Source: an uncultured delta proteobacterium
GTDB taxonomy: Bacteria; Desulfobacterota; Binatia; Binatales; Binataceae
DNA length: 64,000 bases
Direction of reading: 5' to 3'
Assembly: GCA_963717005.1 (NCBI GenBank)
Contig: OY970324.1
Span: 658,937-722,936, forward strand
Shown here: one piece after another, positions 39,811-50,101 of the stretch
How the letters are laid out: the number at the start of each line of letters is the position of its first letter
Position numbering within the stretch: the stretch's first letter is position 1
Translations under genes and position numbers: made by a program
The notes under the pieces: generated by a model
What the model was told of the DNA's origin: nothing
Database searches by the model: none
What the model saw: only the letters and a program-made list of their open reading frames with translations

Positions 39811-39971
39811 ACCTCTCCTTGTCCGAGGAGAGGTCGGCGCCGCCGCAAGGAGGCGCCGGGTGAGGTACAACGCCGGCACTCGCACACACGGTTTTATGCG
39901 ATGAGCAATTCCGAGATGGCGAGGAGTCGAGCGTGGTACCTCTCCTAACCCCCTCCTCGGACCAGGAGAGA
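39811..39971. repeat. Inverted pair of REP-like palindromes
   Basis: CCTCTCCTTGTCCGAGGAG (39812-39830) matches the reverse complement of 39953-39971 with 2 mismatches; the left arm forms a 9-bp hairpin. Confidence 0.55.
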
Positions 39972-39980
39972 ATTCCCGCG

Positions 39981-40760
39981 ATGTCTATCTCCAGCACCAA
40001 TCGCTACGCGTTCGCCGACGCGCTCAAGCGCGGTCTCTACGAGGCTGTCTTCCGCCGCCGCGACATCCGCGAGTTCATTTCCGATCCGATTCCCGACGAC
40101 GTGCTCGCCCGCGTGCTCATCGCCGCCCATCATGCCGCCAGCGTCGGCTTCACCCAGCCGTGGGATTTCATCGTGGTGCGCAGCGTCGAGCAGCGCCGCC
40201 GGGTGAAACAAGTCTTCGAGGCCGAGCACAAAAGGAATGCGGCCCAGTTCAGCGGCGAGCGCCGCGATAAATATCTGTCGCTCAAGCTCGAGGGCATCCT
40301 GGAAGCGCCGCTCAATCTGATCGTCACCTGCAAGCCCGAGCGCTTCGGCCCCGCCGTGCTCGGCAAGACCAGTATCCGCGACGTCGAGATTTATTCGGCC
40401 TGCCTGGCCGTCGAAAATATGTGGCTGACGGCGCGCGCCGAGGGGCTGGGCATGGGATGGGTCAGCATCATGCGCAATGACGCGCTGGCGGAAATTTTCG
40501 GCATCCCCGGCGACGTCATTCCCATCGCCTATCTGTGCCTCGGCTACGTGCGCAAGTTTCCCGATCGCCCAATACTGGCGAGCGCGGATTGGGCGCAGCG
40601 GCTGCCGCCGAAATCGCTGATTCACTTCGATTGCTGGAATGACGCCGCCGATCGAGCTTCGCCCGCCGCCGAATCCCTGCTGAAAAAGATCGACGACCAT
40701 TCGATCTGGCTCGCCATCTTTCCCGAAGATTCGCCGGACAAGCCGCCGTCGCGCGACTGA
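39981..40760 (+). CDS. bluB: 5,6-dimethylbenzimidazole synthase BluB
   Basis: LYEAVFRRRDIREF, AHHAASVGFTQPWDF, YLSLKLEGILEAP, S.CLAVENMWL.ARAEGLGMGWVSI. Confidence 0.9.
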   Translation: MSISSTNRYAFADALKRGLYEAVFRRRDIREFISDPIPDDVLARVLIAAHHAASVGFTQPWDFIVVRSVEQRRRVKQVFEAEHKRNAAQFSGERRDKYLSLKLEGILEAPLNLIVTCKPERFGPAVLGKTSIRDVEIYSACLAVENMWLTARAEGLGMGWVSIMRNDALAEIFGIPGDVIPIAYLCLGYVRKFPDRPILASADWAQRLPPKSLIHFDCWNDAADRASPAAESLLKKIDDHSIWLAIFPEDSPDKPPSRD

Positions 40761-40888
40761 CTCGACCGGACCTTCGGTGAAACTCCTGCTGCGCTGGCTG
40801 GACAGACGCAGGATTGATCAGGCAACCTTTCAGCCGTCCGAAAACTCGAAACTCGACAGTTCGGTTTCAAGATGGAAGGCGGTGGGCA

Positions 40889-42934
40889 ATGACGAGATCG
40901 ATTGGTGCTTTGCGATCAGTGGCGCTGGCAATGCTGTGCGTGGTGATTGTGAGTGGCAGCGGACTTGCCGCGGGAACCGGGAATTCCAGGCGAACGCGTA
41001 CTCCGATCAAGCATCTGATCGTCGTGATCGGTGAGAATCGCAGCTTTGACAACGTCTTTGCGACCTATGTTCCGCCCGATCCCACGCAGCACGTATGGAA
41101 TCTGCTCTCTGAGGGGATTGTAAATCAGGCCGGTTTGCCCGGGCCAAATTATGCCCTGGCGCTTCAGAATCAAGCGACCGATCCGACCACCTACCAACTG
41201 AGTCCTGCGCAGACCGGTCCATTCTCGCTCCTTCCTCAGCCGAGCACCACGCTCAACGCGCTGCCGGCCTCACCGTGCGACTTATCAATCTTACTTCTCG
41301 AATTTGGCAAGGACCCGGCACAGATTCTGTTTTGCACCGATGACGCTCTGGAACCCACGGCACAGAGCCTGTTGGATATCAGCGGTACCGGACAATCGTT
41401 TTATGGAGTTCCCCTCGGCCTAGGCTCCTTTCCGGTCCCCGACTGCCGCTATCCATCGGATCTGCCGAACGGGCCCTATTCCATGGTCGGAGCGTCGCAG
41501 CTGAATTCCTGCCCGTCTCCGTCATTCAAGTCGTCGATAACACCTACCAAGTTCACCGATAATGCCGGCGACCCGGTGCATCGATTCTTCCAGATGTGGC
41601 AGCAGAATGATTGCAGCGTCGCAAATATATCCGCCAGCAATCCTTCCGGATGCGCTCATGACTTTTATACCTGGGTCGCGACGACAGTCGGCTGGCAGAT
41701 TACCATGGACGGCCATCCACCGATGAGCGATCAAGGCACCTTCCAGGGCGGAATCGCGATGGGCTTCTACAACATGGCTGCTGGTGACTATCCGTACTTT
41801 CGGTCGCTCGCGTCGAGCTACGCTATTAGCGACAACTATCACCAATTCGAGATGGGCGGGACGGGTCCCAACTCGCAATCGATTGGGACGGCTGACCTCT
41901 ACTACTATACCGACAGCAATGGCACACCGGCGACTCCGGCGGGTAACCTGATCGAAAATCCGGATCCGCAATCGGGCAGCAATAACTTCTATACCAACGA
42001 CAGTCCCGCTACGGGCGATCTCGGCAACACCAGCACCGGTGGATTCGTTAACTGTTCGGATGCGGCTCAGCCGGGGGTGACGGCGATCAGCGGCTATCTT
42101 GCCGGGCTTCCGTATTCGCCATTCAACGACGGCAATTGCGCGCCCGGGAATTACTACCAGGTGGACAACGAGTACCCGAGCTACGATCACCTGGGCAATC
42201 CGATCCAGCAGGGCAACGAATTCCCCAATGGCCCGGCCTTCGCGATCGGACCGCAGACCGTTCGTACGATTGGCGACGCATTATCCGCCAGGCACGTCTC
42301 GTGGAAATATTACGGAGAGGGAATGAATTCCGCGGATGACCCGGCGCTGGCCAACGAACTGTACTGCGCGATCTGTAACCCCTTTCAGTTCTCGCGTTCG
42401 ATCATGACCGGACCGCTCAAAAACAACCTCGTGGACCTCGACGTCTTTTTCAGCGACGTAAATGACGGCACGCTTCCAGCAGTCTCATTCGTGAAGCCTG
42501 ATATTCTTCTCGACAGCCATCCGGGAACCTCGACTCCTCCGCTGTTCGAGGCGTTCACTCAGCGGATCATCAACGCGGTTCAGAGCAATCCGGATATCTG
42601 GAAGGACACTGCCATATTGGTTACTTTCGACGAATCCGGCGGCGAGTACGATTCGGGATATATACAACCGATCGACTTCTTCGGCGACGGCCCGCGCACC
42701 GTTATGATAGCTGTCTCGCCATACTCCAAATTCGGCTATGTCGATCACACCTACTCGGACCACGCTTCGATCATCAAGTTCATCGAGCGCAACTGGAAGC
42801 TCAAGCCGCTCTCCAAACGGAGCCGCGACAATCTGCCTAATCCCAGGAGTCTTTCGTCGGCCCCGTATTTTCCAACTAACAGTCCTGCGATCGGCGATCT
42901 AACACATATGTTCACCTTCAAAGCGAGAAGATAG
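40889..42934 (+). CDS. Secreted phosphoesterase (phospholipase C / AcpA-like family)
   Basis: Signal peptide; TPIKHLIVVIGENRSFDNVF, SDNYHQ, DSHPG, TFDESGG.YD, YSDHASIIKFIE.NW. Confidence 0.88.
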   Translation: MTRSIGALRSVALAMLCVVIVSGSGLAAGTGNSRRTRTPIKHLIVVIGENRSFDNVFATYVPPDPTQHVWNLLSEGIVNQAGLPGPNYALALQNQATDPTTYQLSPAQTGPFSLLPQPSTTLNALPASPCDLSILLLEFGKDPAQILFCTDDALEPTAQSLLDISGTGQSFYGVPLGLGSFPVPDCRYPSDLPNGPYSMVGASQLNSCPSPSFKSSITPTKFTDNAGDPVHRFFQMWQQNDCSVANISASNPSGCAHDFYTWVATTVGWQITMDGHPPMSDQGTFQGGIAMGFYNMAAGDYPYFRSLASSYAISDNYHQFEMGGTGPNSQSIGTADLYYYTDSNGTPATPAGNLIENPDPQSGSNNFYTNDSPATGDLGNTSTGGFVNCSDAAQPGVTAISGYLAGLPYSPFNDGNCAPGNYYQVDNEYPSYDHLGNPIQQGNEFPNGPAFAIGPQTVRTIGDALSARHVSWKYYGEGMNSADDPALANELYCAICNPFQFSRSIMTGPLKNNLVDLDVFFSDVNDGTLPAVSFVKPDILLDSHPGTSTPPLFEAFTQRIINAVQSNPDIWKDTAILVTFDESGGEYDSGYIQPIDFFGDGPRTVMIAVSPYSKFGYVDHTYSDHASIIKFIERNWKLKPLSKRSRDNLPNPRSLSSAPYFPTNSPAIGDLTHMFTFKARR

Positions 42935-42948
42935 GGAGAGCTGGCGTT

Positions 42949-43443
42949 TTGAAAAAACTATTCACTGTATGCCTGCTGGTCGCGGTCGCAGGCTGCGGCT
43001 CGCAGAATCCTTCGGCGGGCGCGCCGGGCAACTCCTCAAGCCAGAGCTCGTCGAGCTCTCCGGCGCCCGCGCCGCCCGCGGCTTCGATTCTTCATCACGA
43101 GGGCTGCACGATCGATATCGTGAAAGTCTGCAAGTCCTTCATCGATCAGCCGCAATTCACCTACAACGGCGACGTGTACACCTGGGAGCGTTTCCAGGAG
43201 ACCTCTAACCGGCATCCTGACGTCGAAATCTGGGCACGATATCCCGACGGCAAGGTGGTCGCCGACATTGAATGCCATGTTGACGCACAAAATCGCAAAG
43301 TCGATTGGGCCCGTCTCTTGCCCGATCCGCCGCTCACCGACAAGTCATGGGACTATGCCAAGAGCAAGCGGTGGTGCCAGGAGGATTCGCCCGACTACAG
43401 CGCCTGGAGCGACTACTGGCGCAGCGAATCCACCCAACAATAG
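42949..43443 (+). CDS. Hypothetical lipoprotein
   Basis: TTG start after GGAGAG; lipobox VAGC, Ser/Pro linker, four further Cys. Confidence 0.7.
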   Translation: MKKLFTVCLLVAVAGCGSQNPSAGAPGNSSSQSSSSSPAPAPPAASILHHEGCTIDIVKVCKSFIDQPQFTYNGDVYTWERFQETSNRHPDVEIWARYPDGKVVADIECHVDAQNRKVDWARLLPDPPLTDKSWDYAKSKRWCQEDSPDYSAWSDYWRSESTQQ

Positions 43444-43528
43444 CGCACCGCACCACGATTTTCCCGGAGACCGTGTATCGCCTTGCGAACGCATGCTACA
43501 AGAAGCCATGCTTCGATAGGGCGAGACG

Positions 43529-46500
43529 ATGCGCTGCGCGAAATGCGGGACTGAGAGCGAGACCGGCAAGAAATTCTGCGCCGAGTGCGGCAGCCCGTTG
43601 TCGAATCGATGCGCGAGGTGCGGTTCGGATAACGCCTTCGGCGCGAAGTTCTGTGCTGAGTGCGGGGCCTCGCTGATTGCGGCCGCAGCGGATGCGACTC
43701 GCGTCGAAGCCGCGACGGCCGCAGTACGTGTCACCGCGCCTGCCGAAGCATCGGCGCTCGCAACCGAGGGCGAGCGCAAGACCGTCACCGCGCTGTTCGC
43801 CGATATCAAGGGCTCGACCGAACTCGAGCAGGATCTCGATCCTGAAGAGGCGCGCGCAATCGTCGATCCGGCGCTGAAGCTGATGATCGACGCGGTCCGC
43901 CGCTACGACGGCTACATCGTGCAGAGCACCGGCGACGGCATCTTCGCGCTGTTCGGCGCGCCGGTTGCCCACGAGGATCATCCGCAACGCGCGCTCTACG
44001 CCGCGCTGCGCATGCAGGAAGAAATTCGGCGCTACGGCGAGCGGCTGCGCGCCGACGGCCGCGCGCCAATTCAGATTCGGGTCGGTGTGAACACCGGCGA
44101 GGTGGTCGTGCGCTCGATTGCGACCGGACAAGGTCAAGCCGAGTACACACCGATTGGGCACACCACCAATCTCGCCTCGCGGCTGCAGACCCTGGCCGAC
44201 CCCGGCGCGACCGCAATCTCGGAAAGCACGCGCCGGCTGGTCGAGGGCTACTTCGTGCTCAAGCCGCTGGGACCGGCGCGGATCAAGGGCGTCACCGAAC
44301 CGGTCAACCTCTACGAAGTGACCGGACTCGGCCCCTTGCGCACGCGCTTGCAGCGCTCGGCCGGACGCGGGTTCACGAAGTTCGTCGGGCGCCAGCGCGA
44401 GATGGATGCGATGCGCAACGCGGCCGATCGCGCGAAGTCGGGGCACGGACAAATCGTGGCGGCGGTGGCCGAGGCCGGCGTCGGCAAGTCGCGCCTGATC
44501 TTCGAGTTCAAAGCCACCAGCGCGGCCGGCTGGATGGTGCTCGAGGCCTACTCGGTCTCGCACGGCAAGGCGTCGTCGTATCTGCCGGTCATCGACCTGC
44601 TGCACAGCTACTTCAAGATCGAGTCGCAGGATGACCAGCGGACCCGCCGCGAAAAAATTGCCGGCCGCATCGCGATTCTGGATCGCACGCTCGAGGACAC
44701 GCTGCCCTACCTGTATGGCCTGCTCGGAATCGGCGAAGATCCCGACCCGCTCGGCCAGATGGACGCGCGAATCCGCAAGCGCGGCACGTTCGACGCGATC
44801 AAACGCATCCTGTTGCGCGAGAGCCTCAACCAGCCGCTGATGCTTATCTTCGAGGACCTGCACTGGGTCGATGAAGAGACCCAGTCGCTGCTTAACACTC
44901 TCGCCGATTCGATTGGCACCGCGAAGATTCTCCTGCTGGTGAATTACCGCCCCGAGTATTCGCATCAATGGAGCGGCAAGACTTACTACACGCAGCTTCG
45001 GCTCGACCCGCTCGGACGCGAAAGCGCCGGCGAGATGCTGCTCTCCATGCTCGGCGACAGCGCGGAGCTTGGCCCGCTCAAGCATCTCATCATCGAAAAG
45101 ACCGAGGGCAACCCCTTCTTCATGGAAGAGACCGTCGAAGTGCTGTTCGACGACGGCGCGCTCCTGCGCAATGGCAGCATCAAACTGACCAAGCCGCTCG
45201 CCGAGTTGAAGATCCCGGCTACGGTAAAGGCAATCCTCGCCGCGCGCATCGATCGCCTCTCGCCAGCCGACAAGGACTTGCTGCAAACCCTCGCGGTGGT
45301 CGGCAAGGAGTTCCCGCTAAGTCTCGTGCGCGCGGTGGTAGGAACTTCCGACGACGAGCTAGCCTTGATGCTTGACGATCTACAGCTAAGCGAGTTCATC
45401 TACGAGCAGCCCGCCTTCGGCGACATCGAATACACCTTCAAGCACGCGCTGACCCTGGAAGTCGCCTATAACTCTATCCTTACCGAGCGGCGCAAGACCC
45501 TTCACGAACGGATCGGCGATGCCATCGGTGCGCTGTTCAAGGATTCGCTCGACGACCATCTCAGCCAGATCGCTGACCATTATGCCCGCAGCTCCAACGC
45601 AGAAAAGGCAATCGAGTACCAGGCGTCGGCGGCCAAACGCGAGCGGGCGCAAAGCGCCTACCAGGGGGCGCTCCAGCGTCTGCAGAATGCTATCGAGCTG
45701 TTCGCGAAATTGCCGGATTCGATGGCGCGCGCCGAGTTGGAGCTCAACCTTCAGATCGATTACGGCTCCGCCCTGCTGGCAACCAAAGGATGGTGGGTTC
45801 CTGAGGCCGGACAAGCCTACCGGCGCGCCCGCGAACTATGCCAGGAAAACACCGACGACCCACGGCTGTTTTCGGTGCTAAGCGGACTTCACTCCTTCCA
45901 TCTCGTTCGCGGCGAGCACCCGATCGCTCTCGGCTATACCGCCGAAGCGATCAGCCTCGCGAACCGGCTCGGCAACCGTCGAATGCAAGCCAGCGCTTGT
46001 GTGTTGGAAGGTTTCAGTAAGTTCTTCATGGGTGACTTCACTGACGCGCATTCGAGTTTCGAACTGAGTATCGGCTATTACGATCCAGAAAGTCATCGCC
46101 GCTTCGACGCCGAGACTTCTGACCAGGATCCACTGGTCAGTGCCCTCTGTTATGACGCGATGGTCCTGTGGATGCTTGGCTATCCGGATCAGGCCGATAA
46201 AAGAGCTGCCGATTCGATCCTTCATGCCCGACAGATCGGCTCGCCATTTTCTCTGACCTGGAGCTTGTCGCAAGTCAGCGTGTACTACACCATCAGCCGC
46301 AACTTTGAGTCAGCGGACAAGACCACCAAAGAAGGGCTGGCGCTCGCCCGCAAGCACGGCCTGGGCTTCTTAGCGGACCAGATCGTCAACTACATAATGT
46401 TAGGTGCGGTCGCTCAAGGAAAGTTCGATCAACCGGCCGAAGGCGGCCCCGGCGAGGAAGTGTTCGCGGAGGCCGGCTTTGAGCTGGCTCATACGTGGGC

Positions 46501-46924
46501 GCGCTCGGTGATCGCGGAGGGGTTGGCGGGCGTCGGGCAAATCGATGCCGGGCTTGCCTTGATCGCGCAAGCCGTGCACCTGGTCGAGAAGAACCACGAG
46601 CGCTATGTCGAGTCGGAAGTCCATCGAATTACCGGCGAACTAACCCGCGTGCGAGCCAAAGGTCTATCCGGTACGTCGGAAGAAGTCCGTTCAGTCCTAT
46701 CCGCCGCGGAACAGAGCTATCTGAAGGCGATCGAGGTCGCACGCAAGCAGCGCGCAAAATCGTTGGAATTGCGCGCAACCGTCTGCCTCGCACGCCTGCT
46801 GCGCGACACCGATCGCCGTGACCAGGCCCGCGCCGCGCTCGCCGAAATCTACGATCAATTCACCGAAGGCCTGAACACCCCCGACTTGAAGGACGCAAAG
46901 TCCCTGCAAGACAGTATCAGGTAA
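43529..46924 (+). CDS. Double zinc ribbon - class III nucleotidyl cyclase - AAA ATPase - TPR protein (STAND-like)
   Basis: CAKC..KKFCAECG x2; LFADIKGST, GDGIFALFGAP, GVNTGEV, NLASRLQ; AEAGVGKSRL; FEDLHW; GNPFF; C-terminal AKSLELRA. Confidence 0.92.
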   Translation: MRCAKCGTESETGKKFCAECGSPLSNRCARCGSDNAFGAKFCAECGASLIAAAADATRVEAATAAVRVTAPAEASALATEGERKTVTALFADIKGSTELEQDLDPEEARAIVDPALKLMIDAVRRYDGYIVQSTGDGIFALFGAPVAHEDHPQRALYAALRMQEEIRRYGERLRADGRAPIQIRVGVNTGEVVVRSIATGQGQAEYTPIGHTTNLASRLQTLADPGATAISESTRRLVEGYFVLKPLGPARIKGVTEPVNLYEVTGLGPLRTRLQRSAGRGFTKFVGRQREMDAMRNAADRAKSGHGQIVAAVAEAGVGKSRLIFEFKATSAAGWMVLEAYSVSHGKASSYLPVIDLLHSYFKIESQDDQRTRREKIAGRIAILDRTLEDTLPYLYGLLGIGEDPDPLGQMDARIRKRGTFDAIKRILLRESLNQPLMLIFEDLHWVDEETQSLLNTLADSIGTAKILLLVNYRPEYSHQWSGKTYYTQLRLDPLGRESAGEMLLSMLGDSAELGPLKHLIIEKTEGNPFFMEETVEVLFDDGALLRNGSIKLTKPLAELKIPATVKAILAARIDRLSPADKDLLQTLAVVGKEFPLSLVRAVVGTSDDELALMLDDLQLSEFIYEQPAFGDIEYTFKHALTLEVAYNSILTERRKTLHERIGDAIGALFKDSLDDHLSQIADHYARSSNAEKAIEYQASAAKRERAQSAYQGALQRLQNAIELFAKLPDSMARAELELNLQIDYGSALLATKGWWVPEAGQAYRRARELCQENTDDPRLFSVLSGLHSFHLVRGEHPIALGYTAEAISLANRLGNRRMQASACVLEGFSKFFMGDFTDAHSSFELSIGYYDPESHRRFDAETSDQDPLVSALCYDAMVLWMLGYPDQADKRAADSILHARQIGSPFSLTWSLSQVSVYYTISRNFESADKTTKEGLALARKHGLGFLADQIVNYIMLGAVAQGKFDQPAEGGPGEEVFAEAGFELAHTWARSVIAEGLAGVGQIDAGLALIAQAVHLVEKNHERYVESEVHRITGELTRVRAKGLSGTSEEVRSVLSAAEQSYLKAIEVARKQRAKSLELRATVCLARLLRDTDRRDQARAALAEIYDQFTEGLNTPDLKDAKSLQDSIR

Positions 46925-47098
46925 CTTGGCTCCTGCTTCTCTAATAGCGCCAGTTGTTCCCCTGACCCGGAGAATGCCTTGTGCTCGACTGCGCGGCTCC
47001 TTTGTCTCCTCGCCCGTTCAGGCCGGGATGAAGGTGAGGATCCGCTTACCGCGCGCGCCGCGCGCGATTCAGGATTCTTTCTCCCTCGTCGCCTCGCC

Positions 47099-47133
47099 CC
47101 TTGTCATTCAGAGCCGCCGCGGCGAAGAATCCC
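47099..47133. repeat. Degenerate REP-like element (TGTCATTCAGAGC...GCGAAGAATCCC)
   Basis: Begins with the same TGTCAT stem as the repeats at 52279-52585. Confidence 0.35.
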
Positions 47134-47450
47134 GGATCTGTTTCTCTTTCCGCGCAACCACAAGGACGAGGACGGTTCGCGTCCCGACGAGAACCCTCGC
47201 AAAGCCCTGCCCACTGCGGGGATGAACTTTTCAGCCTGACGCGGTCGCCGCATCTCGTGCTATCTTGATCCGCTCATGCACACCCTCCTCACAATACCTC
47301 TCGTCCGCGCCTTTCTCACTTCCACAGCCCAATCCGAAAAACACAATTTGACGGAACGAAGCTACCGGTAGTGGTATGCTGCCGCCGGAACACAACCGAT
47401 AGTATGAAATTGCCCTTTTACGCCACAGGATCCACCGCCCTTACACCTTC

Positions 47451-48512
47451 ATGAGTCTCCTCACCCAAACCATCGCGTCAATTTTGCCTATCGACAACGA
47501 AGCGGCGTGGGCCGCTGACGCGCGGCTTAACTCCCTGACCAAGCCGCCCGGCAGCCTCGGCTATCTCGAACAGCTCGTGCGCCGCTACGCCGCGATCCGT
47601 CACGACGAATCGGTAAAATCCGGGCGCGGCGCGATCGCTGTCTTCGTCGCCGATCATGGCGTCGCGGACGAAGGCGTCAGCGCGTTTCCGCAAGCAGTCA
47701 CGGCCGAGATGCTGCGCAACATCGCGGCCGGCGGCGCCGCGATCAGCGTCCTCGCGCGCCGCTTCGGTTATTCACTGAAAGTTGTGGACGTTGGCGTCAA
47801 GATCGATACCAGCGCCAAGCCGCTCAGCGGTGTGACATATCGCCGCATCGCCGCCGGCACGCGCAACTTCCTCGACGGGCCGGCGATGACGCCCGATGAA
47901 ACGACACGCGCACTCGAAATCGGAATCGAAATCGCACGCGAACTGTCCGACGGCGGCGCGACACTCATCGGCATCGGCGAGATGGGCATCGCGAACAGCA
48001 CGCCCGCCGCCGCAATCCTGTGCGCGCTTACCGGGCTGCGACCCGAGTCGATAGTCGGACGAGGAACCGGCCTCGACGACGCCGGCGTCCGCCGCAAAAT
48101 CGAGGTGGTCACGCGCGCGCTCGAGATTCATCGCGACAAACTTACGCCGGAGTCGATGCTGGCGGCGCTCGGCGGCTTCGAAATCGCCGCGATGGCCGGG
48201 GTCTGCATCGGCGGCGCCGCATCCAGGATCCCAGTGGTAGTTGACGGCTTCATCGCGACCGCCGCCGCCGCGGTCGCGGAAAAGATTTATCCGGGCCTGT
48301 TCGATCACCTGTTTTTCAGCCATCGCTCGGCCGAAGGCGGCCATGCGCTCGCGCTCGATCACTTCAAGCTCCGTCCAATTCTCGATCTCGACCTCCGACT
48401 CGGCGAAGGCACCGGCGCCGCGCTCGCGATGAACGTGATCGACTCCGCGCTTGACCTGCTCGACCACATGGCGACGTTCGAGAGCGCGGACGTCTCCGGC
48501 AAAGTCCGATGA
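47451..48512 (+). CDS. cobT: Nicotinate-nucleotide--dimethylbenzimidazole phosphoribosyltransferase
   Basis: LTKPPGSLG.LE, FVADHGV..EGVSAFPQ.VT, IGEMGIANST, GGFEIAAM.G, VDGFI, LRLGEGTGA. Confidence 0.95.
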   Translation: MSLLTQTIASILPIDNEAAWAADARLNSLTKPPGSLGYLEQLVRRYAAIRHDESVKSGRGAIAVFVADHGVADEGVSAFPQAVTAEMLRNIAAGGAAISVLARRFGYSLKVVDVGVKIDTSAKPLSGVTYRRIAAGTRNFLDGPAMTPDETTRALEIGIEIARELSDGGATLIGIGEMGIANSTPAAAILCALTGLRPESIVGRGTGLDDAGVRRKIEVVTRALEIHRDKLTPESMLAALGGFEIAAMAGVCIGGAASRIPVVVDGFIATAAAAVAEKIYPGLFDHLFFSHRSAEGGHALALDHFKLRPILDLDLRLGEGTGAALAMNVIDSALDLLDHMATFESADVSGKVR

Positions 48513-49285
48513 GCGCCGACGCGACTGCGCCCGCATCGAAAAGCGGCTTCTTCACCGAACTGCCGCTCGCGATCAGCTTCCTGACGATCCTTCCGGTGAT
48601 CGACCAAGGTCCCGCGTCTGAGGAGACCGTCGCCGCCTCGTTCGCGTGGTTCCCGATTGTCGGCTTCCTGATCGGGTTGGCGCTGGCCGGCGAGGACTGG
48701 ATTCTCGCTCACGTCTTCGCGCAGGTGATTCGCTCGGTTCTCATCATCGTCTCGCTCACCGTCATCACCGGCGCGGTTCATCTCGACGGACTGGCCGACA
48801 CCGCCGACGCGCTCGGCGCTGGACGGGACCGCACCCGCGCCCTCGACATCCTCCGCGACAGCCGCGTCGGCACCTTCGGCGCGAGCGCAATCTTCTTCGA
48901 CCTGGCGCTGAAGATCCTCGCGCTTTCGACGCTGGCGGGCCATCGCCGCTACGCCGCGCTGATCGTCGCACCGATGCTCGCGCGGTGGGCGATGCTGCTG
49001 GTCGCCCGCGGCCTGCCTTATCTGCGCGCCTCCGGCTCGGGCTCGACCCTGCTCAACGGAACAGTCTCAGGTGCACGAACCGCCGTCGTCGCAATTTTCA
49101 CAATCGTCGTAATGCTGATGCTTGGCGCGCTACGGCCGATCGCACTCGCCACCGCGGTCGCAATCGCAATCGTCTTCACGATGCGGGCGTTCTACCGGCG
49201 CTGGCTGGGCGGCGTCACGGGCGATTTGATCGGAGCGTGCGGCGAGCTGGTCGAGATAGCCGTGCTGGTCACGATGGCATCGTGA
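48509..49285 (+). CDS. cobS: Adenosylcobinamide-GDP ribazoletransferase (cobalamin synthase)
   Basis: FLTILP, TGAVHLDGLADTAD, L.ILRDSRVGTFG, GGVTGDLIGA..E. Confidence 0.95.
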   Translation: MSADATAPASKSGFFTELPLAISFLTILPVIDQGPASEETVAASFAWFPIVGFLIGLALAGEDWILAHVFAQVIRSVLIIVSLTVITGAVHLDGLADTADALGAGRDRTRALDILRDSRVGTFGASAIFFDLALKILALSTLAGHRRYAALIVAPMLARWAMLLVARGLPYLRASGSGSTLLNGTVSGARTAVVAIFTIVVMLMLGALRPIALATAVAIAIVFTMRAFYRRWLGGVTGDLIGACGELVEIAVLVTMAS

Positions 49286-49287
49286 TG

Positions 49288-49809
49288 TCACTTCACCCTG
49301 AGCGGGTATCCCGCGACCATCAGGATCACCTGCTCAGCGACGCCCGCGACTTTCTGATTGGTCCATCCCAGCAGATCGCGGAAGCGGCGCGACTCGGCGT
49401 GATCGGTCGGCACGATTCCCGATCCAACTTCGTCGGTCACGACGATACTCGCGAACGGCGCGTCCTTCAGCGTGTTGGCAAGCTGGTCCGCCGCGCCGAG
49501 CACCGGGCCGTCGTCTCGCCCGTGGCGTTGCATCAGGTTGGACACCCACAGCGTCAGGCAATCGAGCACCACGAGGTCGGCGCTGTGGCGCAGCTTGTCG
49601 AGCGCGGCGACAACTGCGACCGGCTCTTCGACCGTCTGAAAGTCCGGCGGCCGCGTCGTGCGATGAAATTCGATTCGCGCCGTCATTTCGTCGTCGAGCG
49701 CCTCGCCCGTCGCCACAAAGAACTTACGCTGATACGGGAGCGCGAGCTTCGACGCCCGCATGCTCTTGCCGCTGCGTGCACCGCCGGTGATTAGCGTTAC
49801 CGTGCCCAT
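49288..49809 (-). CDS. cobU: Bifunctional adenosylcobinamide kinase / cobinamide-phosphate guanylyltransferase
   Basis: LITGGARSGKS, DDEM.ARI..H...RP, LDCLTLWVSN, VTDEVGSGIVP, RFRD.LG..NQ, MVAGYPL. Confidence 0.95.
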   Translation of the reverse strand: MGTVTLITGGARSGKSMRASKLALPYQRKFFVATGEALDDEMTARIEFHRTTRPPDFQTVEEPVAVVAALDKLRHSADLVVLDCLTLWVSNLMQRHGRDDGPVLGAADQLANTLKDAPFASIVVTDEVGSGIVPTDHAESRRFRDLLGWTNQKVAGVAEQVILMVAGYPLRVK

Positions 49810-49875
49810 CCGAATGATCGAGCGTACACGATTGCAGCCCGCGTGACGAAAATTTTTCGAGCGCCGCACGCGCGG

Positions 49876-49904
49876 TTGACTGTGCGCGGTGCCGCGCGTA
49901 ACTT
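49876..49904 (+). promoter_or_regulatory. Sigma70 promoter TTGACT-N17-TAACTT driving riboswitch-btuB
   Basis: Near-consensus boxes immediately upstream of the aptamer. Confidence 0.65.
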
Positions 49905-49910
49905 CGGCGT

Positions 49911-50050
49911 CGCACCCGGTGCTCGGGAAGCCGGTTCAAATCCGGCGCTGCCCCGCAACTGTGTGGGGGGACGACGGCCCATCATGCCACCGCTTCGGCG
50001 GGAAGGCGGGCCCGAGGACGAACCCCAAGCCAGGAGACCGGCCGGGTCAC
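49911..50050 (+). ncRNA. Cobalamin riboswitch
   Basis: GGGAAGCCGGTTCAAATCCGGCGCTGCCCCGCAACTGT, GCCAC...GGGAAGGC and the B12 box AAGCCAGGAGACCGGCC; upstream of a TonB-dependent receptor. Confidence 0.93.
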
Positions 50051-50101
50051 TAACTGTCTGCCTTCCGCGGGGAGGGTGGCCTCAGGCCCGCTTTCCTGAA
50101 G

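Noticed and set aside
43496-45286. Long antisense and alternate-frame ORFs here and throughout (e.g. 262-1587, 29211-30431, 48646-49794, 53498-54859)
   Set aside because: Arg/Ala-rich, motif-free shadows of real genes, expected at high GC
47276-47371. 31-codon small ORF upstream of cobT
   Set aside because: No RBS or recognisable motif, and it overlaps the probable cobT promoter region
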